Assembly: GCA_028534125.1 (NCBI GenBank)
Contig: CM052816.1
Location: 42,348,001 to 42,412,000, forward strand
Reading direction: 5' to 3'
DNA length: 64,000 nucleotides
Origin: Lama glama
Lineage: Eukaryota
The notes beneath the pieces are model-generated. The model was not told the DNA's origin. It saw only the letters and a list, made by a program, of their open reading frames with translations, and searched no databases. Shown piece by piece: positions 15,074 to 27,425 of the stretch (position 1 is the stretch's first letter; each line of letters starts with the position of its first letter). The position numbers were made by a program, and so were the translations under genes.

Positions 15074-15110
15074 TTCCTACTTCTCAAAAGAATTTGACAT
15101 GACTTGCACA
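15074..15110 (+). repeat. 37-bp direct repeat, copy 1 (copy 2 at 16295-16331)
   Basis: ttcctacttctcaaaagaatttgacatgacttgcaca vs ttcctacttctcaaaagaatttgagatgacttgcaca, 36/37 identical. Confidence 0.95.
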
Positions 15111-15442
15111 GTCCTCCTATCTTCCTTTTTCTGCTTTTCTCCTCACCCTTCACCCCAGTGTCTCACTATTCAATAATTTTTCTCAAATATCAACTGTACA
15201 TCATACACTGTTAGGCTCTAGAGAAGTAAATTTAAGTAAGTCAAATACAGTCTCTGCTCTTACAAAATTTATCACCCAATGGGAAATATAGGACTAAGTA
15301 ATAACGATATACTATGTGCCATTAAAGTGGTTGCTAATCAACTCCTGTCATGATTTGATGTTTACTGTCACTCGGTAGGTTTGGATTTGCAAGGCTGGAT
15401 AATTCTTCCAGGGCAGGTTTACTATGCCTGCAATTTGTGTTG

Positions 15443-15461
15443 TTGCCAATAGGGGGCAAAG
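15443..15461 (+). promoter_or_regulatory. Candidate CTCF binding site
   Basis: ttgccaatagggggcaaag is close to the CTCF core CCASYAGRKGGCRS; lies in non-repeat sequence. Confidence 0.45.
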
Positions 15462-16294
15462 TGGCATCCAGATAATGTCATGTATTCCAGCTGGCTTTCC
15501 CCAGACAAGTTGCTCAGAATATTCAGTCAGTTCTTCTTTTTGTATAAAAGAAGCTTTTACTAAACCAACAATCTAAATAGAAAACTACTCATTAACATTG
15601 CTAATTGTAAACAATATAAAATATTCTTAAAACTACATAAAACAAGATTTTAAAAATGCAAATTCATACAAATAGGTTGGTGCCTTCCACCACATGACTC
15701 TTTGACTCCTGTCACTACTTGTTTAATTTAATGTGGTGTTGCTTCTCAAGCCCAAACAAAATTTCTCCCTGACTTGGTTTTTAGAATTGGGAACATTTAG
15801 GCTATACTCATCTAATTGTGCTTTGAGCTACTAAGCAAAATGTTACCTTCTCAATCTGCTCCCTGGGATCAGACATGGGATCCAACTGTTTAAACATCTC
15901 CTTCCTCATTACCTAGGCAGACCCCATTTTTCCCCTCCTCTAATTCCCCAGAACTATAAATTCACCAGCCCTCTACCCTGGAGAATCCTCCTTCTTCACA
16001 GTTGCTCTCTCTCTTCCCAATCCTGGCCAGGTTCATTGTGCCTCAGCTAGAGTAAAAAGAACATGAGACTGATGTTACGGGAATGTAAGAAAATTACCCA
16101 GTGGGGATCTCTTTGATCAGGAAAAACCATGACTTGGACAAGCCCTCCAGCTAATTCACTCTGAGACTTTTTCTGAACAGCCTATTTGTTTGAGGGGATG
16201 TTTTATATATAACGGCTTAAGATGAATATGATTTATGTATTCAAATTTTACTTTATCAGAGGATTATCTTTATTGATTGACTATTAAAGGACCT

Positions 16295-16331
16295 TTCCTA
16301 CTTCTCAAAAGAATTTGAGATGACTTGCACA
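16295..16331 (+). repeat. 37-bp direct repeat, copy 2
   Basis: 36/37 identical to 15074-15110. Confidence 0.95.
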
Positions 16332-16489
16332 AAAGCCATACATATCATTAAACCAAAAGATTAAAAAACAAAAAAGAGTAAAAAGAGACAGAAAACCTGA
16401 TAATATAACTCCCAGAACCAGCCCATTCTCCACCCCACTGTAATTTGAGGAAATCTAGCCTAATAGACCACTTACAACATTGAAAAGTA

Positions 16490-16635
16490 TTTATTTGGTA
16501 TTGTATGTATCACTCTCTCTACCGTACTGTGAGTTCTTTGAGAATTAGAGATGTGTCTTAGGCAACCTTTGTATTCCCAAGGTCTTGGCAAAATGCTGAA
16601 TACAGGCTGGATTTTCAATAACAGTTTGTTGAATT
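16490..16635 (+). mobile_element. L2 3' end relic
   Basis: ctgtgagttctttgag...tttgtattccca...caataacagtttgttgaat. Confidence 0.65.
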
Positions 16636-18224
16636 TGCTCTAAGTTTCTACTCTATTTCTTTTAAGAGCTGTACTATTTTTTAAAATATTTTACCATGTA
16701 ATTTAAGTACACTAAAATATCAGAACCATTTTAAAACGTGGTTTTATATGTTTTTCTTCCCCATGATATTAAGATGTTAGCTTAAAAAGAATTAAGATAT
16801 GACTCTTCCCCAAGTGATTTGTACTTTTAAGTAATGGAAGAAACTACCCTCTCTTTTCTGTATCCTCTGTCAGTTTTGCTACCTCCAGAATTTCCTAAAA
16901 TAACCCCTACATTCACCAGACAACCTTCCAACATAGATGTGCAAAGACCATGATCTTTAAGCCATGAGCATACCTGCCCTCCCACTACTCTTGCTTCCAT
17001 CACCCTTTATGCTGCTTAAACAGGGACACCACATTTGCTACTACTCAGAAAATCATAATAAATGAAGATCTGATTTTTTTGAACCCAAGATTGCCAATCC
17101 CTCTTAGAGCATGACTGATCACTGTCAGCAGTATTTGTGAATTTTACTACACACAATTTACAATGTCTCATAGCCTCATCAACACTTTCTAGAAGATTCT
17201 AGGTTACCAGGATACAATTATATACCTTTCATTATTCATTTTAACTTTTGAAACATCTGGATTTTGCCAAGCATGTTATAAAGTGTCATAATTCCTAATT
17301 CTTGATTTTCTATTTAAACCTCAACACATCCTAAAATATTTCTACCCTCCAAATTTTAACAAAAATATTTTGATTGAAAAACAACTACTGACTTTGTGTC
17401 CACTGTTGATGGAGAATTTCCATGACATGGATCTATATCTGTTTTATTCATTCATATCCTCCTAAGCACCTAGACCAATGCCTAGCATAAAATGGTACTA
17501 ATTTAATATTAACTGAATAAATAGCAATACTCTTTCTTATCTCATCATTATTTCCTTATCATCACCACTGCATAAAAATAAGGGCCACCTACTACTAAGC
17601 CTCCCATAAAAGGTTGGTAGTTTCTTGAGAAGAGCTAATTTATTTTTGTAAAATAATGCAACAAAGCACAGAAAATTTCTAGTTATGAGCAAGAGCACAC
17701 AGCATCTGCATCCTGAGGTCCATCATGTTAGCGTGCTCCTGAATGGAGAATCAGGGAAAGCAGGCAGAAACCCCAAGACAATCTTTCCACTACCCTCAGC
17801 CTAGTTGGTAGCCTTTTACACTGCATCTGGTTTAAGCAAGTAAATGGGAAAAGAATTTGGAAAAGGTTTAAAGTAGGGCAGAAAGATGATTGAGTGATTG
17901 GAAATTAAAGCCTCTGAAATTGAAGGAACTTGGTCAACTTAGTCAGAAAAAAAGCAAAAGAACTGAAGACAATGAATTTTTATAAATGAGGCCAGTTGGG
18001 CAAGATATTTGTAGGGTCCCCAGAAACCCAGCTGACATTGCTGGGGGATGGGGAAGGATAAGCAGCCTGGAATTTATGTGCTGGGCCTCCTAATGGACAA
18101 TGTCCCAAGGATGTGGTGAACTCAACTACATATATAAGCAGACAAAATTTATAATCCAGCAGGCAATGGTTTCATGACTGTAAGTCAGTAATAACATAAT
18201 CTGAACACTGAAGTATTTTTTAAG

Positions 18225-18440
18225 TGTTTCCAATGTGCTGTCTCATTTAATCCTTATAATTCCATGAGAGAGATACTATTATTTCTCCATTTTACAGATG
18301 AAGGAACTAAGGTAAGAAAGATGAAGAAAGGGAGATGAAGAAACTAAATGGTTATGTCACTTGCCCAAGCTCATACAGCTAGAAGGTGCTCAGCTAGCTT
18401 CCAACGAAGGCAGTTTAAGCCTAGAGATACACTGTTAGCC
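18225..18440 (-). mobile_element. MIR SINE
   Basis: tctcatttaatcctta...ccattttacagatgaaggaactaagg...cacttgcccaagctcatacagctag. Confidence 0.8.
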
Positions 18441-21179
18441 CCACAGGACACTCCACTCCACGCACTGTGGGATCAGTCGGTAGGGAATCCACAGAGCAAG
18501 CCATGGGAGACAAGAGGCGAGAGCCAGGCAGCAAGTTAGGGGGCTGGGCCAAGTGGGCTAAGACTCCAGGTAGGCTGTAGACCCAGGGAAGATCTAGAAA
18601 GTAAAGTGAGGCAGAGGCCAGCATGTTAGGGGTCACATAACTCCACCAGGACTCCACTAGAGAGGTCACACAGCACTCACATCTGGCACACCAACTACAA
18701 CCTGCATGTGGTAGACCTCATGCCAGGCCCACAAGAATAAAGACTAAGGCCATCTATCTGCTTCCAGGCCTGGACAAGACTGGGCAAAGAAGAGGCTGAT
18801 CCTGCAGTAGGGGGGGCCTGGAAAGATGGGCTGACCAGACACTGCTACCCCTCATGCCATCCACCAGCCCACTTCTCAGAAACTGAAGGTGACTTAAGAA
18901 GAGCCTGTGCTACCAAAATCCCAATGAAAACCTTGGTGTTGCCAAGGACTTTGTAGGAGGTCCAGCTAATTCAATAAGGGCTAATAATAGAATTAAACCA
19001 GAGCCCTCCAAAACCCTGTAAAATATTACATTTGTAGATAGGTGAGCAAATTGTTAAAGCTCAAAGAGCTTCCCCATTCATGCAGGATAAATTATTTCTT
19101 TGGAAAAGCTCAATTCCTTAGATTAAAGGCTCCTAGAACCATCTTCAAAGCTTTTTAAAACTTTTCCTGAGTCCTGTCTCAAACTTACAGGATCAGAATA
19201 TCAGGTGGTAGGCCACAGGAAACTGTGGTTTTTTTTAAGTGTCCTGGATAATTTTGGTGATCTGTGTGACTCATCTGCATGAATGCATGCAAAACTCGAT
19301 CAACAGGAGTCCACTGATGGGAATATTTCCCAAGAGCTGCATCCTGTTGCCAGCTTTGATGAGGGTCCATGCCCCTCGCCCACACAGAGCACTGGTGTGG
19401 GGTTATCACCTCGTGTATCTGATCAGGTCCTTTTGGGAACTGCTGGACCCAACCAGGAACAGCCCTTTAGTCAGGTGACAGAGGCCATCTGGAGTCAGAT
19501 AATTCTGCTGCAGAAGGTAATGGAGTAGGGCCTTAAACCCAGAGCCTCCAAACAAGAGGATTTGAGAATAACAAGGTCAACTGTGGGTAAGCAGGAAACA
19601 GACTACTAAGTGGTTAAGTGAAATGGAAGCAACAGTGCAGTACTGCACAGAGGTGTGTTTGGGTAGCAACTGAGAATGCCTCTTCCCCATAGTTATGAGA
19701 GTTGTTCAGAGGAAATCATTAGGCCAATGGCTTGGTTCTGCTCCCATCACCTTGGACTTGTTCTATTACCTTCCTTTCTCCTCTGTGTGGAGGGCTCATT
19801 TCAAGCTCTGGTTTATTTAAATAAGAAATAATAGCTGATTTTGACTGTTGGGCTTCATCCTAAATTGTTTACAACCAATGTCATTTAATGAACAACTCTA
19901 GGTCCCTAGGGTGACTTGAGCAGCAAAGAGATCTTTGATGATTTATTCTAAGAATCCAAAGTTAGTTTATCTTATCTTTCAGTGTATATGGAGGTTTCCT
20001 ACACAGTAGATGGCAAGAAGCTATTTCCACCTCCAATTAGGGCAACTTCTGAGGACGTTTACTTGAATTATACCCTCAGAAACTGAGATAAGGTAAAGGA
20101 TGAATTTACTAATAACATGGTTAGGTCTTTCCTTGTGACCTGAGTGCCACATAATCCAGTCTTCTTCCATATGAATAGCTAGAGTTTATATAATCAATTC
20201 CACTGGCTACGTAGGGGCCAAAATAAACAGGAAGATGTCTACAGAGCTGGTCAGCTTTGTCATCATCTCCTTCTGTTATTTAAACAGTCTAAATGCTGGA
20301 CAGTATAATTAATGAAAAAAGAAGTTGGACTCTCTTTAGGGGTTTTATTAAATCTGATTCTTTTCCTGAGGATATTTTTAATGGATCCATGTCAAGAAGA
20401 TAGGGGCAAGGTGGGAGGGATAAGCTGGCCTTCTCAAGGTCTCTTCCATTCAAGGAATGCAATGATCATATCACAGATGGAAGAAATGCCAGCTCATTTT
20501 TCCTTGGTGCCCATATGCCTTCTCGGAATTTAAAAGAAGTGATGTTGATGATTTGCTACACGATCAAGTAGAGAACATGCCACCTTTCATGGGACTCTAC
20601 TGTAGAGTAACACGTGGCCAAAAGACTAGCTGAGCCAGAAAGCCTCATGGGGGGAAATGAGTAAAATCATAGAAAGCCACATCAAGTGTGTTTGCAAACC
20701 AGCATTTCCTTCAGCCATATGGTGACATTTTTCTCAGAATGCTGCCCCTGTCAAAATGCCTAACACAAGACTCAGCCTGAACCGGCCAATTCACCCTTCC
20801 CTTGCCCAACCACCTTGGCTTTGAGCCGAAGTCCCAAAGAGCAGGTAGACGTTACCATTCCAGGCAGCTAAATATAGAGATGAGAGAGATGGAACACCCA
20901 TTTTTTTCCCCCAAGTCAAGCAGGACCTTGTAAGAAGCAAAACAAGAATTGGGATTTGCTGGATAATTTAAATAGCTGTAAGGATGACTTTTGTAGCATC
21001 ATGAGCTCACAGGAGCTAAGAGCCAGTGGAAGGAAATATACAATCCTCTGAATTACTTGTTGTAACAGAGAAGCCCAAACAATCCATAAAGAACCAGTGT
21101 CACATAAGTGAAAAATAAAACACATAAACAAGTTGGCAGCTTTGGTGAGCTCGCCCATGCTCTCCACAGTAAGGGAGAA

Positions 21180-21330
21180 AAATCCAGGATTTAAAGTCAG
21201 ATGACTGGTTTAACACTCATCTCATTTCACCTCTCTCAGTCTTTCTCAGTCTCATTATCTGTAAAATGAGTATGATAATTATATCTACAAGTAATCACAA
21301 GATTACTGTGAGGATTAAATATTACTAATA
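21180..21330 (+). mobile_element. MIR SINE
   Basis: ctcattatctgtaaaatgag...actgtgaggattaaat. Confidence 0.7.
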
Positions 21331-21758
21331 ATAAATATTTGTACTACATCATGTTTTGCTGGCATGAGGAAAACCTGCAGCACGGCCCTCTTTTAATGTA
21401 TCTTCTTTTCAGCCTCTCTCAGGATGAAGGAGAAATGGCAGCAATTGAATGAGATGTCTCTCGGACCAGGAAGAAAAAAAAAAGCCACTCTGTTATATAA
21501 GATCTACAGGCCTCTAGGCCCTAGATTTTTTTTTTTTTTAAGTTCATCACTCTCTTGATGAGTATAACCAAAGTCCCTCAACTGACTCCTTTAGCTATAT
21601 ATGTAAATTAAACCATTTCTAATGCTCCCTGCAATACACAAACCTTTGAGAACTCATTGAACATAGAAGGTGCATCAATGTGACTAAATTATTAGTCAGA
21701 GAACAAACATTCCAGGTAAGTAATGTTGTTTTCTCCCATAGATTAAATACATTCTCAC

Positions 21759-21932
21759 CTGCAGAGACTAATGGGCTCCAGGGATCTTTCTCTATATATT
21801 TAACCGTGAGATAACGAAGTGGCAAAGTCAACAGTAATCAGAAGGCAGGTGCAAGGAACCAAGAACCTTTCTACAAATATTGTTTCTCCTTAAGGGAAAT
21901 GAGACACGCCTTCAATACGACAGCTCTGTAAC
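21759..21932 (-). other. Candidate non-coding (5' UTR-type) exon, 174 nt
   Basis: Strong acceptor tctctttttcttcttgtttcag|G and donor CAG|gtgaga; four retained CpGs; stops in all frames. Confidence 0.5.
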
Positions 21933-22964
21933 CTGAAACAAGAAGAAAAAGAGATGTGGAGAAAAAAGCTTGCCAAACAGGAATAGGTTCTTTTAGAGCA
22001 ATCAGCTCTATTCTAGCTTTGGCAGGAAAAGAAGTTCAGGGACACAGACAAACTTCTTTGAGATTGGTCACCCAGGTTAAAACTCTTGGACCCAACTTTT
22101 GAACAATTTCTTCTCTCCACCTACCAAATCTAACCAGTTACCCCAGCTATTATTTCTCTGGAAGTCTATATATTTTCCTCTTCTTTTCCATCCCTACTTG
22201 TCTCTGCCATCTTACCACATACTCAAGTGCCTGGTAACTAGGCATCCAGATTCTTCAAACCAAAATGCCTGAGTGACCACCTCAAACAGGTCTCTAGAGA
22301 GTTATACTTTAGCTCAAAATGCAAGGTGTGCTCTCTGTGGTCTACAAGTCTGAGCTCTTCTGCCTGACTTTCCGTCCTTCATAATGTGACTCCACCCTAC
22401 CAACCTGTGCTTATTTTCCAGTCAGACTGGCTTCCTCACCAGTCTCCCGTGAACACACAAGACACACACCCATATGGCTTCCCTGTCCTTTCTGTGACTA
22501 CACACATGCTGCTCGCTCTAGTGTAAAATGCCCTGCTTCTTCAACTGCATATCCTCACTCTACTCATTCTTCAGAGCCTGGATTTAGTTTGACATCCTCC
22601 ATGAAGCCTTCTCACTCCTGTACTCCTCAATTAACATTTTCTGTGTACCATGTAATCCAAGACATCTGTCTAATGCTTACCACTGATTTCATGTGCACTA
22701 GACTCATCTCCATTATTAGATAATAAATTAAGTCACAGAATGCTGGTCCTCATATCATATATGGCCCCAAACACATTTTGTTTGAGCCCTCATTTTTGCT
22801 TTCTCTCATTTTAATAATTTGGTGCACCCTCATCACTGCCTATGGAATTTCCTCAATGAAATCAATCTTCTACCATTAATCCTCAAATTATTTAAACAAA
22901 GAATAACAATATCAGAACGTTAATCACTAAAGCCTCTAAATCTTGAATGTAGGAGAAAAGGCAT

Positions 22965-23140
22965 TGGATAAATTAGAAAAATCACTGAACAATGATTTAA
23001 GAGATCCTATTTCTAGGCACCACCCTGCCACTAACTAGCTCTGTGATCCTGGCTAAGCCACACTGCATCTCTGCAAATGAAGGGGTTGGACTGGGTGACC
23101 TCTATGGTCTCTCCCAGCTCTTTCTTTCTATGATTCTAAA
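22965..23140 (+). mobile_element. MIR SINE
   Basis: ctgccactaactagctctgtgatcctgg...ctgcaaatgaaggggttggact...tatgattcta. Confidence 0.7.
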
Positions 23141-23914
23141 GCTGCCAACAAGGCATCAGAGCCCAGCTTGGTCAAGTCTGAAAAACAGAAGTAAAGAGTT
23201 TTCTTTCCAGGAAACAGAAAGAAATCCCAGCCTATTCTTTATAATCACAATATTAATATTTTGGGGGAAAGTTGGTATCAAATTCTTCCCATTTACTAGG
23301 TAGTATAAGTGGGAAGAATTTTAGGTCAAATGTAAAAGAGACAATTGTTTGGGTTTCATTTTTTGAAAATCATAATGTATAGTTTAAACGAATTCAGTAG
23401 TAGCCTGTCTTGAATTGGGTGTCATGAGGCTATATCACGAAGCCCTACATGAAAACTTAAAAGAAGCCCAACCCAGGTCTGGAGAGGAAAGAGTCCTAGG
23501 ATACATACTGAATGCCACAGAGTAGTAGATCTAAGAGAATTTTATACATAAAATCCTAAAAAGCAAATACTTCTTCCACTTTCCAGCCAAATGTATATTT
23601 TAAGTAACAAGAAATACTAATAAAATCAGCTATAAATCTCTGAGATCTTTTTTCTTTCCTTTTCTTTTCATTTGGTCTTAAGAATGAGAGAGTTTCTTTA
23701 AGGCCAAAAAGGAGAAATAAGCTATAAGAAGCTGTAAGAAGGCACCTGTGAAAAGTAATTTAGAGAACAATACATAGAAGCAGGAGAGTTTTCCACGGGG
23801 AGCGGAGTAGTCAAGAAGGAAATGATGTTAAAATGGGTTATTCCAAGGATGTCAGTTAAATAAGAATGGTAAATGGTCACAAAATCAGTCCCATTGTGAT
23901 TCTGCTTTGGGGAT

Positions 23915-24050
23915 CTCATTCATTCATTCATTTGTTTGTCATTCATTTATTTATCAAGTGCTTAGGTAATGTGCTGGGCACCTGGAATATAATAAAGGGA
24001 AAGGCATAATGTCTGCCCTGTAAGAATTCATTACCAAGTGGAGAGACAAC
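23915..24050 (-). mobile_element. L2 3' end relic
   Basis: cattcattcattca...tgtgctgggcacctggaatata...gtctgccctg. Confidence 0.7.
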
Positions 24051-24124
24051 CAGGATCTGAGTTAGCACTGCACCTGACTAAGGGCCGGCTGCATGCCAGG
24101 CACTGTGCTAAGCCCACGAGCCCT

Positions 24125-24322
24125 CACTCCTTCCTCGGCCATATGACGTTACAAACAGGAAGGACCAACCTTCGAGGTAGTGGGCCCTCATCAGACAGTG
24201 AATCTGCCAATGCCTTGATCTTGGACTTCTCAGCCTTCAGAACTGTAAGAAATAAATTTCTGTTGTTTATAAACCACCCAGTGAATGGCATGCTGCTAGA
24301 GCAGCTGAAACAAACTAAGACA
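24125..24322 (+). mobile_element. MaLR LTR 3' half (MLT1A-like), inside a MIR
   Basis: ccttgatcttggacttctcagccttcagaactgtaagaaataaatttctgttgtttataa...aactaagaca. Confidence 0.85.
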
Positions 24323-24715
24323 CTAAGGCCACCCAGCTGAAAGTATCAAATCTGGCTTTCAACCCAGGTCTGTTTCTAGAGCCAGCACCCTCCAGCCCAG
24401 CCCTGCACTACACACAGATGCAATGTGGTGAGCGGGAATAGAGGCAGGTAAAAAGTACTGTGGTCTCTGCTACTCACAGACACACCCAGCCTCACCAAGA
24501 TGTACCTGTGAACCTGCAAACAGAACAAATTCCAAAAGCTGGAAAGGACATATGAGTGTTGGGCCTCTCACCAGAGCTCCAAAGAACGAGGTCCTCCTCT
24601 GTGGATTCAAGGTCACGGCCTCCGGCTTCAGGAGCATCTGGAGTTGGTGTGTGTAAAACTACTCAGGATGTGGTATACTGCAACTAGACCAAGGCCACAG
24701 GGGACCAAAGCAAAG

Positions 24716-24729
24716 CACACACACAGACA

Positions 24730-24766
<37 letters not shown>

Positions 24767-24770
24767 ACAC
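24716..24770. repeat. (CA)n microsatellite, interrupted
   Basis: Directly visible. Confidence 0.95.
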
Positions 24771-25654
24771 TCCATTGCCACAGCAGTTCCCCCAGAGAGT
24801 AGTTTACTCAAAAAGTACCCTCTTCTTCCCATCAAAATAGAAACGATATTTCATATGTGCTTGAAAACTAAACATAGAAAAGATGAGGGGAAGGAAAAAA
24901 AAATCTTCTTCCTGAAAGTTAAGGCCCCAGGAGACTGGGGAAAAAAGACTCTGGGTAGCTCAGTGGCTGTTGGGTCCTCCTGGGCTGATTGAGCAGCTGC
25001 CAAATGAAGAGGACCCCAGAGGGGCCCGAGGGTCACAGCCACAAAGGACTGTAAAGCTCCTGGGGCTCTGGGGAGGATGAAGCCAGCTCAGAGGGACTGC
25101 GGCCCCACCTGCTCCACCACCAGCCTGAGGCCCTCATGGGAGACCTGTTTTGAATCCTAACACCAGTGGAGAGGATGTTCTGTTTATTTGCTTTAAGGTA
25201 TCTTCTTATCTTTTTTTTTGGTTGTTGTTGGTTTTAACCTAGTAACACGTAAAACCTCCAGTGTCCTACGAGGAGAAGAGGTGCTTTCAATGAAGGGCAA
25301 AGGGAAGATTTTTGGGTACAGCAATGTGCTAGGAATACCTATCATCCCTTATTGATTGATTCCACCAGCATCACCTCCTTTATTCGAGGCCTCATTAAGG
25401 ATGGTGTCCCAGGCATTATGCAAAGGACCTTGTCTTATTTAAGCCTCACGAGTCTGGCGGTATTACTCATCTTCTTTGGAGGAGAAGAAAAGAGGTGAGG
25501 CTCTGGACAACACTAAATAATTTACTGAGTGTCACACTAGTCAGTGGGGGCCAGAACTGATGGTCTATCTGACCCCAAGTCCTAAGGAGAGGAGCCTTTC
25601 TGTGGAAAGCAAGCAGTAAGAAGAAATCCTAAGGAGAAGATGAAAAATTAACAC

Positions 25655-26290
25655 CTTTATTTTTTGTTCATTTAATTACCTATTTATCTGAATAGGAATT
25701 ACATGTACAAGGAAAACATTTTAAGCTTTATAAAAAAGCACGCAGTGAAAAGTAAGACTCTTTCCCTTCCAGCTCTCTCTCAGCTCCCCAGTTCCTTCAT
25801 CACAGTAAACTGCTGACAGTAAGTCAAGATAGGTTACACATACACAAACATACACATGTGTACAGAAGCCCCCCTTCTTTTTTTACATAAATGGCGGCAT
25901 TGTCTGTCTCTTCTTAGATACCTAGTATATCTTGGAAAATTTTCCACACTGGTACACAGAGACTTGCCTCATTCTTTCAACAACTGTTAAAAGAATCTAT
26001 TGTAGGGATGTGCAATAATTTAACTAGTCCCTTATTGAATGGACATTTAGATTGCTTCCAGTCTTTTGCTACTATGAACAATGCTGGATAAATGTTCATT
26101 CACCCTTGAACACATGTGCTAGTATACTTTGGGAATGCATAGCAAGAAGCAAAATTCCTCAGTCCAGAGTATCTGCATTTTAGATCTTGGCAGACAGAAT
26201 CAAATTGCCTCCAGAAAAGTGTATGCCAATTTACAGTCCTTAAAATATATACTCATGTCTGCTTCCCCCACTGTCTCCAAAACAGTGTTC
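25655..26290 (-). mobile_element. Old L1ME-type fragment
   Basis: ggacatttagattgcttccagtcttttgctactatgaacaatgctg...caaattgcctccagaaa...ccaatttaca. Confidence 0.75.
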
Positions 26291-27325
26291 CAATCTGTGT
26301 TGAAAAGACAAACACCCATATGTTCACCTGCTCCTTTAAAAGTCACGTAATTCCTTCAGATTGAATAGGGGAAACCTATTTGTTCAAGTCTGGACATTAG
26401 ATTCTTGGAGTAAAGGAAGATTTTGGAGCTCCTTGAACCACAGAAAGAAGATGCTGACTAAAAACATCTGGTCCTCAATTAGATGATGTTGGCCAAGTCG
26501 GAAAATGGAATATATCCCTGAAAATAAGCAATTGGTGTGATCAATCAGCTCAATCCACCAGGGTACTGTCAGATACACACAAATCATCACTGGGTATCCT
26601 GGTAACTCTACCAGCCTTCCACATAACAACATCAGGGCAGGCTGTAAGCCAGGAAGAGGATGCCAGCCACAGGCAGGAATATTTAAAATCTACCCTCTGC
26701 CGCTGCTTCTTGGGGAAAAAGAATTGGGGAGGGACAATAGACCAGAAACAGAAGACTAAAGAGAGAGAGCCAATTATTGAATAATGTTTGCTAACTACTG
26801 AAACGAGGAAGAAATGGGATATAGTAGAAAATGAAACAGCCTATAGTTTATTTTCTAATATAAAAATTTTCTAGAATGAATAAACCCCTAACGGATTGCA
26901 ACACTAATATTTCCATCCAGTGGTGCAGTCCAATCAAAACTGTAGGATCCGGGCAGGAATCCTGGGCTTCAAAGGCCAAGAGAATGTGAGCCACACACTT
27001 TCTCTTTGTCCAAACTTTGCTTACTTGAATCTGCTAAAAGTCTGGGTTTGACGTCCTTGCAGGATGCATTACAAAATGTCCCTCTTCTACTTGGCAATCA
27101 CTTTGCTGAGGTGCTGATTGTCAACACCTCAGGAAAAGATCCTGCTGGCACCATGGCCTGGAGAGGACAGAGAGGAAGGGCACTGGCTTAGATAGGCATT
27201 GAGGGTGAATTGACATGAGAGGCACATGATCATTTTGTAGCTTGGCTTGGTTTTTGAGCTTTTGCAGTTATTACATGACTAAAATAACAAGTAAATGTGC
27301 ACTGCTAATACCACCTGTCAAAGAT

Positions 27326-27425
27326 ACTTATTTATTTATTTTTATAGGAGGTACTGGGAATTGAACCCAGGACCTTGTGCATTAGCTAAGCCTGTACTCT
27401 ACTACTTAAGCTATACCCTCCCCCC
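27326..27425 (-). mobile_element. tRNA-Ala-derived SINE (short form)
   Basis: Reverse complement of ggggagggtatagcttaagtagtagag...gggttcaattcccagtacctcc; TSD cacctgtcaaagat at 27312-27325 and 27430-27443. Confidence 0.95.
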
